Positions 52,520 to 62,552 of a stretch of DNA of 64,000 bases are shown piece by piece (position 1 is the first letter of the stretch; each line of letters opens with the position of its first letter). The stretch covers positions 895 through 64,894 of the forward strand of contig CBFHHA010000009.1 in NCBI GenBank assembly GCA_965655625.1, given 5' to 3'. The notes under the pieces were generated by a model. That model did not search any database, was not told where the DNA came from, and was given only the letters and a program-made list of their open reading frames with translations. Source of the stretch: Flavobacteriales bacterium. GTDB taxonomy: Bacteria > Bacteroidota > Bacteroidia > Flavobacteriales_D > CAJJDF01. A program made the translations under genes and the position numbers.

Positions 52520-54545
52520 AAGTTAACCCCGCCCTTTCCAGCAATGCATCTGGATTTGGTTCTTGTCCTCTAAATCGTTTGTACAAAGTCATTGGGTGTT
52601 CGGTTCCTCCTTTACTTAAAATATTAGTCGCAAAACTCATTCCTGTTTCTCTATCAAAAATCCCCTTTTCTTTAAAAAACGCAAAAGCATCTGCATCCAA
52701 CACCTCAGCCCATTTGTAACTGTAGTATCCCGAACTATAACCGCCATTAAAAATATGAGAAAACGCTACCGACATACAATTTTCAGCAACATCGGGAGTG
52801 AAAGCTGTTTGGTCAAAAGTTTTTCTTTCGTGAGATTTTACATCGGTTATTTCCTCTGGATTGTTTCCGTGCCAGCTCATATCTAGCAACCCAAAACTCA
52901 ACTGACGTAAAGTGGCCAATCCTTCCATAAAATTGGCAGATTCTTTTATTTTCTCTACAAATTCCATTGGAATAGTTTCGCCTGTTTCGTAGTGTTTTGC
53001 AAACAAATCCAAACATTCTTTTTCGTAACACCAATTCTCCAATACCTGACTTGGTAATTCCACAAAATCCCAAAAAACGCTGGTACCAGACAAACTTGGA
53101 TAAGTTGTATTGGCTAACATTCCGTGTAATCCGTGTCCAAATTCATGGAATAAGGTTGTTACCTCATCAAATGTCAAAAGAGAAGGTTTGGTGTCGGTTG
53201 GTTTGGTGAAATTACACACATTAGAAATGTGAGGTCTGTCATTTATCCCATTTACAATTTGCTGAGATTTGAAACTTGTCATCCAAGCACCATTTCTTTT
53301 GCCGGATCTCGGAAAATAATCTCCGTAAAAAACAGAAATTAACTGATTACTAGAATCATACACTTCATACGTTTCAACATCTGGATGGTATTTATCAATA
53401 TGTGTTACTTTTTTAAAAGTGAGGCCGAATAATTTATTTGCCACCAAAAAAGCTCCTTCGGTTACGTTCTCCAATTTAAAATAAGGCTTGAGTTGCTCAT
53501 CATCCAAATTGAATAATTTCTTTTTAAGCTTTTCGGCATAATAGGAAGAATCCCATTTTTGAAAATCTGTAATTCCGTCCAGCTCTTTGGCAAAGTTTGC
53601 CAGTACATCAAATTCTTTTTGGGCAAATGGTTTTGCTTTGGAAAGCATCTCATTCAAGAATTCATTTACCTTCTCAGGACTCATTGCCATGCGCTCTTCC
53701 AATACAAAATGGGCGTGCGTTTCGTACCCCAATAAATTGGCCCTTTTATGCCTCAGTTTAGCAATTTGAAGGGTAATCTCCTCATTATTAAAATCATTGT
53801 TTTCAAAAGCTCTAGCTCCGTAGGCTATCGCCATTTTTTTTCTCAACTCTCTGTTTTCGGCATATTTCATGAATGGGCCGTAACTTGGAAAATGAAGTGT
53901 AAAAACCCAACCTTCGGCTCCACTGGCTTTGGCAGTTTGAGCCGCAGCTTCCTTCACTCCTTCTGGTAGTCCTGCCAAATCTGCTTCGGCTTGTATGTGG
54001 AGTTCGTAGCCGTTCGTTTCTGCCAAAATATTTTCACCGTAAGTCAATTTGAGTTTCGATAATTTTGTATCAATATTACGCAAGTTAGATTTGTCCTTCT
54101 CATTTAAATTGGCCCCATTTCTAGAGAAGCCTTTATATGCATTGTCCAAAAGTGTGTGTTGCTCAGGAGTCAATTCAAGCGATTCTCTTGAATCATACAC
54201 CGATTTCACTCGTTGAAATAAATCTGGGTTCAAGGTCACATCATTTCCAAACTCTGTAAGGAGTGGCGAAACTTGTTGGGCTATTTCCTGAATTTCGTCA
54301 TTCGTTTCAGCGGAATTTAGGTTAAAAAACAAACTAGAAACCCTATCCAATTGTTGTCCAGAAAATTCCATTGCCTCAATCGTATTCTCAAAAGTAGGTT
54401 CTTCTTGGTTGTTTGCTATTTCCTCTATTTCTTTTCGTGCATTATCTATTAACTGAGTGAAAGCAGGTAAAAAATGTTCATTTTTGACTTTTGAGAATGG
54501 TGCTAAATCAAAAGGAATTAAAAGTGGATTCTCTGTGTGTGACAT
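52509..54545 (-). CDS. dcp: M3-family peptidyl-dipeptidase / oligopeptidase
   Basis: 678 aa with the zinc site HEFGHGLH and a typical Dcp pattern (FSHIFNGGYSSGYYSYKWAEVL). The last four codons (TSHS) and the stop lie inside the family B repeat. Confidence 0.9.
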   Translation of the reverse strand: MSHTENPLLIPFDLAPFSKVKNEHFLPAFTQLIDNARKEIEEIANNQEEPTFENTIEAMEFSGQQLDRVSSLFFNLNSAETNDEIQEIAQQVSPLLTEFGNDVTLNPDLFQRVKSVYDSRESLELTPEQHTLLDNAYKGFSRNGANLNEKDKSNLRNIDTKLSKLKLTYGENILAETNGYELHIQAEADLAGLPEGVKEAAAQTAKASGAEGWVFTLHFPSYGPFMKYAENRELRKKMAIAYGARAFENNDFNNEEITLQIAKLRHKRANLLGYETHAHFVLEERMAMSPEKVNEFLNEMLSKAKPFAQKEFDVLANFAKELDGITDFQKWDSSYYAEKLKKKLFNLDDEQLKPYFKLENVTEGAFLVANKLFGLTFKKVTHIDKYHPDVETYEVYDSSNQLISVFYGDYFPRSGKRNGAWMTSFKSQQIVNGINDRPHISNVCNFTKPTDTKPSLLTFDEVTTLFHEFGHGLHGMLANTTYPSLSGTSVFWDFVELPSQVLENWCYEKECLDLFAKHYETGETIPMEFVEKIKESANFMEGLATLRQLSFGLLDMSWHGNNPEEITDVKSHERKTFDQTAFTPDVAENCMSVAFSHIFNGGYSSGYYSYKWAEVLDADAFAFFKEKGIFDRETGMSFATNILSKGGTEHPMTLYKRFRGQEPNPDALLERAGLTSHS

Positions 54546-54698
54546 AACTGGTTGTTGATTCTTAATTTGAATTGATAAAAATACTAATTTATCAGGTTAA
54601 ATCAGGGGATATTCCTTATTCGAAATTAATTCGGGTGAAGTGGCACTTTAAACTCCTCCACACTTTCAGTTAAACGAAACGTAAAAACACCCTAAAAA

Positions 54699-55568
54699 TT
54701 AAGAAGGAAACTCTTCTATCAAGATTCCCATTTTACCAGATTGAGAATCTCTCAAGGCTTCCATAATTTCGGTTTGATTATTCATCACAAACGGGCCGTA
54801 AGAAGCAACCTTCTCTCCAATTGGTTCACCCGAAAGCAACATAAACCTAGTTGCATCACTTGCCTCAAAATGAATAATTCCCTCTTCACGTTCAAACACA
54901 ATCATGTCTTTTCCTATTACTTCTTCGCCATTGGCTATTCCCTCGCCATCCAATAAATACAAAATGGTATTGTAAGAGCTAGGAATTGAGATTTCTACAG
55001 TGCCATTTTGCTTTACCTCTCCTCGCAACAAGGTTTGTGGCGAATAGGTTGGAGCCGCTCCTTTTATTCCATTTAGTTCACCGGTTATCACCCATATTTT
55101 TGATTTCTCCTCTTCGATTAGCGGGGTTTCTTCTTTCGAAATAGGTTTGTAAAAAGCTGGCTTCATTTTAAATTCGCTTGGTGCATTCACCCAAAACTGA
55201 ATAAACTCAAGCTCTCCTCCATTCTCTACTAAATGTTTTGGAAATCGCTCGCTGTGCGTTATTCCCTGTCCGGCAAACATCCACTGGGTTCCGCCTTCGC
55301 TTACGAGCGCATTGTTACCCAATGAGTCTTGATGATTTACTTCTCCTTTGAAGACAAAAGTAACAGGCGAAAAACCCCGATGAGGATGAGGACCTACGCC
55401 AGCTTCTTGAACTCTTTGTCCTCCGGGCAATTCATTTTTCCAATGATGAATAAGCAAAAATGGATCTACATAATCCAATCCATCTACCGGAAGTGGTTGG
55501 TCCAACAAATGTCCCCCCATATTTACTTTCTGTGCCGGTATTATTGTTTTTACTTTCTTTTTCTTCAT
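54699..55568 (-). CDS. Pirin-family protein
   Basis: Cupin metal site GPHPHRGF ... and a bicupin length. I use ATG 55568 (MKKKKVKTIIP); the ORF track start is 55616. Confidence 0.85.
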   Translation of the reverse strand: MKKKKVKTIIPAQKVNMGGHLLDQPLPVDGLDYVDPFLLIHHWKNELPGGQRVQEAGVGPHPHRGFSPVTFVFKGEVNHQDSLGNNALVSEGGTQWMFAGQGITHSERFPKHLVENGGELEFIQFWVNAPSEFKMKPAFYKPISKEETPLIEEEKSKIWVITGELNGIKGAAPTYSPQTLLRGEVKQNGTVEISIPSSYNTILYLLDGEGIANGEEVIGKDMIVFEREEGIIHFEASDATRFMLLSGEPIGEKVASYGPFVMNNQTEIMEALRDSQSGKMGILIEEFPS

Positions 55569-55656
55569 CTTCTTATGTGTTTTTTCAAAATTATTAGAAA
55601 ATTTAACCGCAAACATTCGTGTAGGTTAATATTTTGATGAGAGCGAAATTACCCGA

Positions 55657-57708
55657 TTACTTAAGAAATTTAATCAATAAAATTTCAATAGCTAAAAAAA
55701 GTAAAGCCAACAGCACAAACCATTTCCATAGTTTATTGGAAGAATCTAATAGCTCAGCTGAACCACTAGATTTCGCGGATTTTGAAACATCAATCACCGT
55801 TACCCAATTTCGAGAAATCTGCTTTTTCAACTCTTGAGTGGTGTAGGCCTCAAAATCACTTTCTTCTTGCTGGTAATTCACTCCAAAAGCGGCTACTATT
55901 TTCTCTTCGCTCACCAGTTCATAGTTGCCTGATTCAATTAGTTTACCGTTCAGCAAAACCGCCATTTCACCTCCAAAAGATTCAGTTTCGGGAATAAAAT
56001 CAATGCTTCCTTGCTGGTTCTTTACTCTCAGGTTGTTAGTGTTAATCCCTTCTTCTCTAATCCTTAACTTATCGGTTTCGGTGGTGATAGATACCACCTG
56101 GTTTATTCCGCTAGATTCGGCTATTCTCAGCAATGTGGTAACAAAAAGTGAGTGACTTGTGAAATTTGAAAAGTTAGAACTTAACGGAACTGACAAGGAA
56201 TAAAACTTTCCTTTTCCAATGAAATTTTCTACTAAAAAATGATTGCCGTTTTCGGTATTTATCAAACTTCGTCTTGCCGATGGACTTCTGAAATCGAAAA
56301 CGAACTGCTGCGAAAGAATGGGCAAATCCATGTTTTTGGGAGTTTTTTCAAAAACATCTTGAAAAAATGGATTCTCAAAATCCAAGTACGAAACTTGCGT
56401 ATTGGCTGTATCTTTTCTTGTAATGCGGGCAGAAGATGTGGCTATAAGCAGCTCGTTGTTACTTGCCAAATCTGGGTTGGAATTAGGAATATACAGAATT
56501 GTACCGCCTGCTTCGGCATATGCCAATAACTGAGAAATAAAACCCGAGGAATAACGATTTACTTCATTGAGTATAATTAAATCACTGCTGGAAAAGAGGG
56601 CGTAGTTTATAGAAGAGGAAAGTGTGTTCGTCACTTTAAAAAAAGCATCGTTGGAGAACAACTGATTCACGCTTCCTTTTTCCGCTTTTAGGTTTTCGGA
56701 AGATTCATTGATGACCAAAACTTTTGATTCCTCTTTTAGTAAATATGAAAAATAATACGAGTCATCAAACACTGCTGCAGGATCTGGGTATTCCGAAATC
56801 CTTAACTTCCCTTCCACTTTTCCCGGATTTTGAACCTGATAATCCAACGAGACTATTTTCTCCGAATTCATCAGTACATCTGAATTCAAGAGTCCTTTTA
56901 CTTGCCCATTGAGAGAGAGCTCGAGCTTTACTTGTAAATCATCGTTGGTTGTATTCACAAGTTTCACAAACAGTTGCTCTTTCTTATTCACCATTCTTAC
57001 AGGAGAATCGAACCAAATAGAATCGATCGATACATTTCCGCTGGTGTTTGACACAACGGGCAAGAACGCCAATTGAATCGAAGAATCCAAGTGCAAATTC
57101 GCAAGGTTGGCTGTTGATTTTTGAAAATCAGAGATATAAACAGCGAATTTATTTTGAGAAACGTCTTTTTTCAAAAAATCAACTTGCTTTTGTTCTACTT
57201 GACTCAATTTTCTTGACTTCGAACTAATTACAATTTCATCCAATTCATTCAAAAATTCTTCTTTCGTTAAAAACCGTTGATGAATAGGTTTGAACTCATT
57301 GGTAATTAACTGAAATTTGTCGCTTTGAGAATAACTTTGAGCTACAAGTCTTGCTTGTTTTTTGGCATTATCCAACAAAGTAAATTCATTCCAGCTATTG
57401 TTCATACTGAGGGAATTATCTACGTACACCGACACCCTCTTTTCTCCCACAGCATTATTTTTCCCCGGCTTGTCCCAATAAGGTTGTGCGAAAGCGAATA
57501 CCAGAGCCACAATAGCCAAGATTCGAGCAAGCAAAATTAAAAGATGCTTGATATTCGACTTTTTGGAAGTCTCTAGTTCCACTTGTTTGAGCAAACTAAT
57601 ATCGGAAAAATGCACTTTCTTGAACTTTCTGAAATTGAACAAGTGTATGATTATTGGCACGGCAATAGCCAAGAGCGCCCATAAAAATTGTGGATAGATA
57701 AAGTTCAT
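55657..57708 (-). CDS. BatA-domain (N-terminal double-transmembrane) protein
   Basis: The N-terminus MNFIYPQFLWALLAIAVPIIIHLFNFRK matches the aerotolerance BatA N-terminal pattern. There is also a C-terminal TM helix (WFVLLALLFLAIEILLI). 683 aa. Confidence 0.7.
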   Translation of the reverse strand: MNFIYPQFLWALLAIAVPIIIHLFNFRKFKKVHFSDISLLKQVELETSKKSNIKHLLILLARILAIVALVFAFAQPYWDKPGKNNAVGEKRVSVYVDNSLSMNNSWNEFTLLDNAKKQARLVAQSYSQSDKFQLITNEFKPIHQRFLTKEEFLNELDEIVISSKSRKLSQVEQKQVDFLKKDVSQNKFAVYISDFQKSTANLANLHLDSSIQLAFLPVVSNTSGNVSIDSIWFDSPVRMVNKKEQLFVKLVNTTNDDLQVKLELSLNGQVKGLLNSDVLMNSEKIVSLDYQVQNPGKVEGKLRISEYPDPAAVFDDSYYFSYLLKEESKVLVINESSENLKAEKGSVNQLFSNDAFFKVTNTLSSSINYALFSSSDLIILNEVNRYSSGFISQLLAYAEAGGTILYIPNSNPDLASNNELLIATSSARITRKDTANTQVSYLDFENPFFQDVFEKTPKNMDLPILSQQFVFDFRSPSARRSLINTENGNHFLVENFIGKGKFYSLSVPLSSNFSNFTSHSLFVTTLLRIAESSGINQVVSITTETDKLRIREEGINTNNLRVKNQQGSIDFIPETESFGGEMAVLLNGKLIESGNYELVSEEKIVAAFGVNYQQEESDFEAYTTQELKKQISRNWVTVIDVSKSAKSSGSAELLDSSNKLWKWFVLLALLFLAIEILLIKFLK

Positions 57709-57873
57709 AGTTCAAATGTAATTAAAAGAAGAAAGAGATTAGAACATAGAACAAAGAAATTAGATGTCAGATATTCGCTCCAATTGAAGAATTTTATTTT
57801 TTTGCAAGCAAACATCAAATATTCCTAACTCAAACCAATTTAAATCCTATTTTTACGCATTCAATCTGATAAA

Positions 57874-58782
57874 ATGACAAGAAATCAAGCTTTTGCTCTG
57901 CTCCACCTTTGTGTTTTTTGCTGGGGATTCACTGCCATTTTTGGAAAACTTATTTCTTTTGATTCTGTCTCTTTGGTTTGGTGGAGATTGCTCATCGTGG
58001 TAGCAAGTTTGTTTGCTTTTATGCTGGTTGCGCGCAAAAGAATAATTCTTTCGACAAAATTATTTTGGCGTATTGCGGGAGTTGGAGCCATTGTGGGAAT
58101 TCATTGGTTGTGTTTTTTTGGAGGAATTAAAGTCTCCAATATTTCCATCACCATGATTTCTTTTTCTACCGGAACCTTCTTTACCTCCTTGATTGAGCCG
58201 CTGGTATACAAACGCAAGGTAAACCCAAATGAAGTAATCATTGGTATATTGATTATGCTCATCATCAGTGTGATTGGGCTGAATGAATTTGAAAATAATC
58301 AAAACCCAATTGGCGGAATCGTTTTAGGGTCGCTGGCAGCGCTTACTGCCGCACTTTTTTCTACCTTCAATGGAAAACTCATTCAACAATCCAATGCTTT
58401 TACAATTTCATTTATAGAACTTATTTTTGCTTTACTCCTAGTTTCTATGGGTTTATTTACCTTTTTTGAAGTACCCAACAATTTACTTTCCCCGTCTGGC
58501 ACTGATTTATCCTACCTACTTTTGTTGGGAATTGCTTGCACAGCCTTTCCATTTATTGCGAGCGTAGAAGTAATGAAAAACCTGAGTCCATTTTCTGTTA
58601 ATTTGGCGGTTAATTTAGAAATCGTGTACGCCATTTTGTTTAGCTATCTCATTTTTGGCGAGAACGAACAAATGACTCCAACATTCTATATCTGTGGAGT
58701 AATGATTGGTTTGCTAATTGTATTAAATGAGGTACTAAAAAGAAGGCGAAAAAAGAAGATCAGTATGAAATTAAAAGAGTAA
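57874..58782 (+). CDS. EamA/DMT-family transporter
   Basis: About 10 predicted TM helices in two EamA-like halves, plus a basic C-terminal tail. Confidence 0.75.
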   Translation: MTRNQAFALLHLCVFCWGFTAIFGKLISFDSVSLVWWRLLIVVASLFAFMLVARKRIILSTKLFWRIAGVGAIVGIHWLCFFGGIKVSNISITMISFSTGTFFTSLIEPLVYKRKVNPNEVIIGILIMLIISVIGLNEFENNQNPIGGIVLGSLAALTAALFSTFNGKLIQQSNAFTISFIELIFALLLVSMGLFTFFEVPNNLLSPSGTDLSYLLLLGIACTAFPFIASVEVMKNLSPFSVNLAVNLEIVYAILFSYLIFGENEQMTPTFYICGVMIGLLIVLNEVLKRRRKKKISMKLKE

Positions 58783-58804
58783 TTAATTGCCTCCTTTGTC
58801 TTTG

Positions 58805-59794
58805 TTAAACTAATTTATTCACTAACAAGTACTCAGCAATTTGCACAGCATTGGTTGCGGCTCCTTTTCTTAAGTTATCGGCAACTACCCACATATTCAG
58901 CCCATTTTCCACTGAGAAATCTCTTCTAATTCTTCCCACAAACACTTCATTCTTTCCTTCGGTGTATTTTGGCATCGGATACACATTCATTTCGGGGTTG
59001 TCTTGCAGCACAACTCCTGGAGTATTGGCAATCATTTTACGTATATTAGAAATCTCAAAAGGCTTTGAAGTTTCTACATTAAGCGATTCTGAATGTCCTC
59101 CAACCACAGGAACTCGCACCACCGTAGCCGTTATTCCAATCGCAGTATCATTAAAAATTTTGTGCGTCTCATTCACTAATTTTACCTCCTCAGTGGTATA
59201 TCCATCCTCCTGGAAATCACCACCATGAGGCAAACAATTCTTGTCTATTGGATAAGGATAAGCCATTTCTCCCTTCAGTTCCAATCGCTCATTTTCCATC
59301 TGCTTTACTGCTTTCACTCCCGTACCAGTAATCGATTGATAAGTAGAAATAATAAGTCGCTTAATTCCAAGTTGTTTGTGTATTTCAGAAAGAGCTAACA
59401 CCATCTGAATTGTAGAACAATTAGGGTTGGCAATAATCTTATCCTCTCTGGTCAATTGCGATGCGTTTATCTCAGGTACAATCAATTTTTTGTCTTCATC
59501 CATTCTAAAAGCCGAAGAGTTATCAATTACAGTCGTACCTTTTGCGGCAAAACGAGGAGCAAACTCTAGCGAGCGCTCACCACCTGCAGAAAATATAGCA
59601 ATTTGCGGAGCTCTCTCGATCGCCTCTTCCATCGAAATGATAGCACGCTTGCTACCTCCAAACTCTAGTTCTTTTCCCAAGGATCTCTCTGAAGCAACCA
59701 ACATTAATTCCGTAATTGGGAATGAATTCTCAGCCAATACTTTCAAAATTTGTGTTCCCACCATTCCGGTAGCGCCTACAACTGCAATTTTCAT
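58805..59794 (-). CDS. asd: Aspartate-semialdehyde dehydrogenase
   Basis: MKIAVVGATGMVG NAD site, active-site NPNCSTIQMV, and a 329-aa length. Confidence 0.95.
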   Translation of the reverse strand: MKIAVVGATGMVGTQILKVLAENSFPITELMLVASERSLGKELEFGGSKRAIISMEEAIERAPQIAIFSAGGERSLEFAPRFAAKGTTVIDNSSAFRMDEDKKLIVPEINASQLTREDKIIANPNCSTIQMVLALSEIHKQLGIKRLIISTYQSITGTGVKAVKQMENERLELKGEMAYPYPIDKNCLPHGGDFQEDGYTTEEVKLVNETHKIFNDTAIGITATVVRVPVVGGHSESLNVETSKPFEISNIRKMIANTPGVVLQDNPEMNVYPMPKYTEGKNEVFVGRIRRDFSVENGLNMWVVADNLRKGAATNAVQIAEYLLVNKLV

Positions 59795-59881
59795 ATGAAA
59801 CAGATTTGATTATTATTTCAGCCCATTCTTTCGAATCGGTGGAACAAAAATATTATATTTAATGAAGAAACTAATTCTATT

Positions 59882-62458
59882 ATGGGGTATTCTTTCACTT
59901 TTTTCTGTTTTTTCTGTTTGTATCTTTCCGCTTATCCTCAGTTTTTGGATAACTTTTCGGATGGAAATTTCTCGTCAGCACCCTCTTGGATTGGAAATAC
60001 CTCAGATTTTACCGTGACTTCAGGTGAGCTTCAACTTAACGCTCCTGCTATTTCTGCTTACAAATATTTAAGCACAAATTCACAAGCCATAAATAATGCA
60101 ACCTGGGAATTTAGGGTTCGAATGACTTTCGGTACATCTTCCTCCAATTTTGCGAAGGTGTATTTGACCTCCAACACCCCTAACCTTTCTGGGGCAGTGA
60201 ACGGTTACTACATTCTGCTTGGCGGCTCAGACGATGAAGTGTCTTTGTTCAGTCAAACAGGTACTAGCTCTTCAAAAATTATTGATGGAAGAGATGGTGT
60301 AATTGGGGGATCTACAGTAGATGTGAACGTGAGAGTTACTAGAACCTCCACAGGATTTTGGGAGGTTTTTACAGATACTTCCTCGCTGTTTTTGTCCGAA
60401 GGAACTGCGACAGACATAACTCATCCACAGAGTTTGTTTTTTGGAGTGGGATGCAATTACACTTCTACCAGATCTACACACTTCTATTTTGATGACTTTA
60501 TGGTTACTGGAACAACAGCAATCGACACAACAAAACCAATTCTAGACAGCATAAAAATAGTATCTAATACTCAAATTGAATTGGTTTTCTCTGAACCTAT
60601 TGAACCAACCACGGGACAATTAGTAGCAAACTACTCTGTAAATAACGGACTTGGTAATCCTATTACTGCTATCCAAAACCCAAGTAATTTCAATAAAATA
60701 ACACTCGGTTTCTCCTCCCCTTTTTCGCTTAACGCAACTAACGTAATCACTGTGAATAATGTAACGGATATTGCAGGAAACTCAATCAATTCTACTAACC
60801 AAAATTTTATTTATTTTATTCCCGCACTTGCCAATTATAGAAATGTGGTGATCAATGAAATTTTTGCAGACCCTTCTCCCAGTGTGGGGCTGCCTGATGG
60901 CGAATTTGTAGAAATTTTCAACCCAACTAATGAGTATTACAACCTGCAGAATTGGCAACTTACCGATGGCTCTTTCGCAGCAACATTCCCCAATTTCATT
61001 TTGGCACCCAATTCTTATCTTATTTTAATTTCTAATTCTTCCCTACCTGATTTTTCGAGTTACCCCAATACTCTAGGAATTTCCTCTTTTCCTGGACTGA
61101 ACAATTCTGGCGAAACACTTACTTTACTCAACCAGAGTGGTTCCGTGATAGATGTAGTAGAGTACAGTGACCACATGTATCAAAATGAGTTAAAACAGGA
61201 TGGTGGATTTTCTCTATAACAGCTTAATCCGCTTGCAAACTGTTTCGATGAATCTAATTGGAAAGCATCCAACAACGTTTCGGGAGGAACACCCGGAGTT
61301 ATAAATTCAGTTTGGGACACCACAAAAGATACACAAACTCCCATCATTATTTCTTGTATTGCAACCTCAAATAACAGGTTACTACTGCAATTTGACAAAT
61401 CAATTGACACAACTATTTTTTTAAGAAACGTAGTTCTTTCTGGAGGCATTTCAGTCATTACTCTTTCTGCCCATAACGTATTCAATACGGAACTAGAATT
61501 AGTTATTTCTCCCTCTTTGGACACCGGAAAAGTATATAGTTTGTCTATTGACTCCCTCCAAGATTGTGAGGGGAATTTAGCGGAAATTGAAACCGAATTT
61601 GTCTTAGCTCATGCCAATAGGTCTGGATCTGTATTAATTAATGAAGTGTTGTTCAATCCTTATTCTGGAGAAGAAGATTTTGTCGAGCTTTACAATAATT
61701 CAAACTTGTATATAGATTTAAAAAATTGGCAACTAGGAAATGAGGACAACGGAATTGTTGGAAATATAAAATATATCCCCTCGCATTATATTTTGAAACC
61801 AAGAGAATACGTGGTGATTACAAAAGATTATTCGTTCGTGTTGAACAGATATTCCACATATTCTTCAAGAAATTTTATAGAAATAGAGAATTTACCAAGT
61901 TATCCGAATGACGAAGGAACAGTGTATCTTTTGTTGCCCTCGAACGATGAATCTGATAAATTCACCTATTCCGAAAAATTTCATTTCGCCTTGCTGAGAG
62001 ACAAGGAAGGAGTTTCGTTAGAGCGAGTCAATTTTGATGACCCAACTCAAAGTCTATCAAACTGGCACTCTGCGGCAGAGGAAGCCGGATTTGCCACTCC
62101 AGGTAAGAAAAACTCGCAATATACTCCCAGTACTATCACCGAAAATATTTTGTCTATTTCTCCCGAAATTTTTTCACCCGACAACGATGGGTTTGAGGAT
62201 ATTCTTACCCTGAACTACAACATGCCTAAAATTGGTTTTGTGGGAAACATCACTATTTATGATGCGCAAGGTAGAAAAACCAGAGTTATAATTCAAAATC
62301 ACCTATTGGCCAAATCTGGACGTTTTACTTGGGACGGAATTACAGAGAAAAATAGTAAGGCAAGAATAGGACGCTACATTATACTTTTCGAATATTTCGA
62401 CTTAGAAGGCAATGTACACACAGAAAAAACAACCTGTGTGGTAGGTCATAAATTTTGA
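59882..62458 (+). pseudogene. Secreted lamin-tail-domain (2x LTD) adhesin-like protein interrupted by one in-frame TAA (61217-61219)
   Basis: ORFs 59882-61219 and 61517-62458 share one frame. The 297 nt between them are also open and encode homologous-looking sequence (QLNPLANCFDESNWKASNNVSGGTPG...). There are two LTD signatures (VVINEIFADP...EFVEIFNPT...NWQLTD and VLINEVLFNP...DFVELYNNS...NWQLGN). The C-terminus is FSPDNDGFEDILTL...WDG. Confidence 0.7.
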
Positions 62459-62552
62459 TTTTTATCTAGTCAAACTATCAGTGTAAGAATATTTTTATTA
62501 CCAACAAATATCAATTCATTTCTTTTAAAAAACGTTCTTATCAGCAATTGTA

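Noticed and set aside
52355-52520. The short repeat clusters (here and at 6346-6448) as a CRISPR array
   Set aside because: There are only two inverted (not direct) units per locus, no regular repeat-spacer periodicity and no cas genes.
55657-57708. The BatA-domain gene as part of a Bat/MoxR aerotolerance operon
   Set aside because: No MoxR ATPase, DUF58, BatB/C/D or vWA partner genes are adjacent. The neighbours are pirin and a DMT transporter.
58851-59798. Plus-strand ORFs 58851-59228 and 59427-59798 opposite asd
   Set aside because: These are shadow ORFs inside asd. Their composition (S/T/I/P-rich) is typical of antisense frames.
61180-61524. Minus-strand 114-aa ORF spanning the gap between the two LTD ORFs
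   Set aside because: The plus-strand frame across this gap is open and continues the LTD protein sequence. The minus ORF is therefore a shadow of an interrupted gene, not a separate gene.
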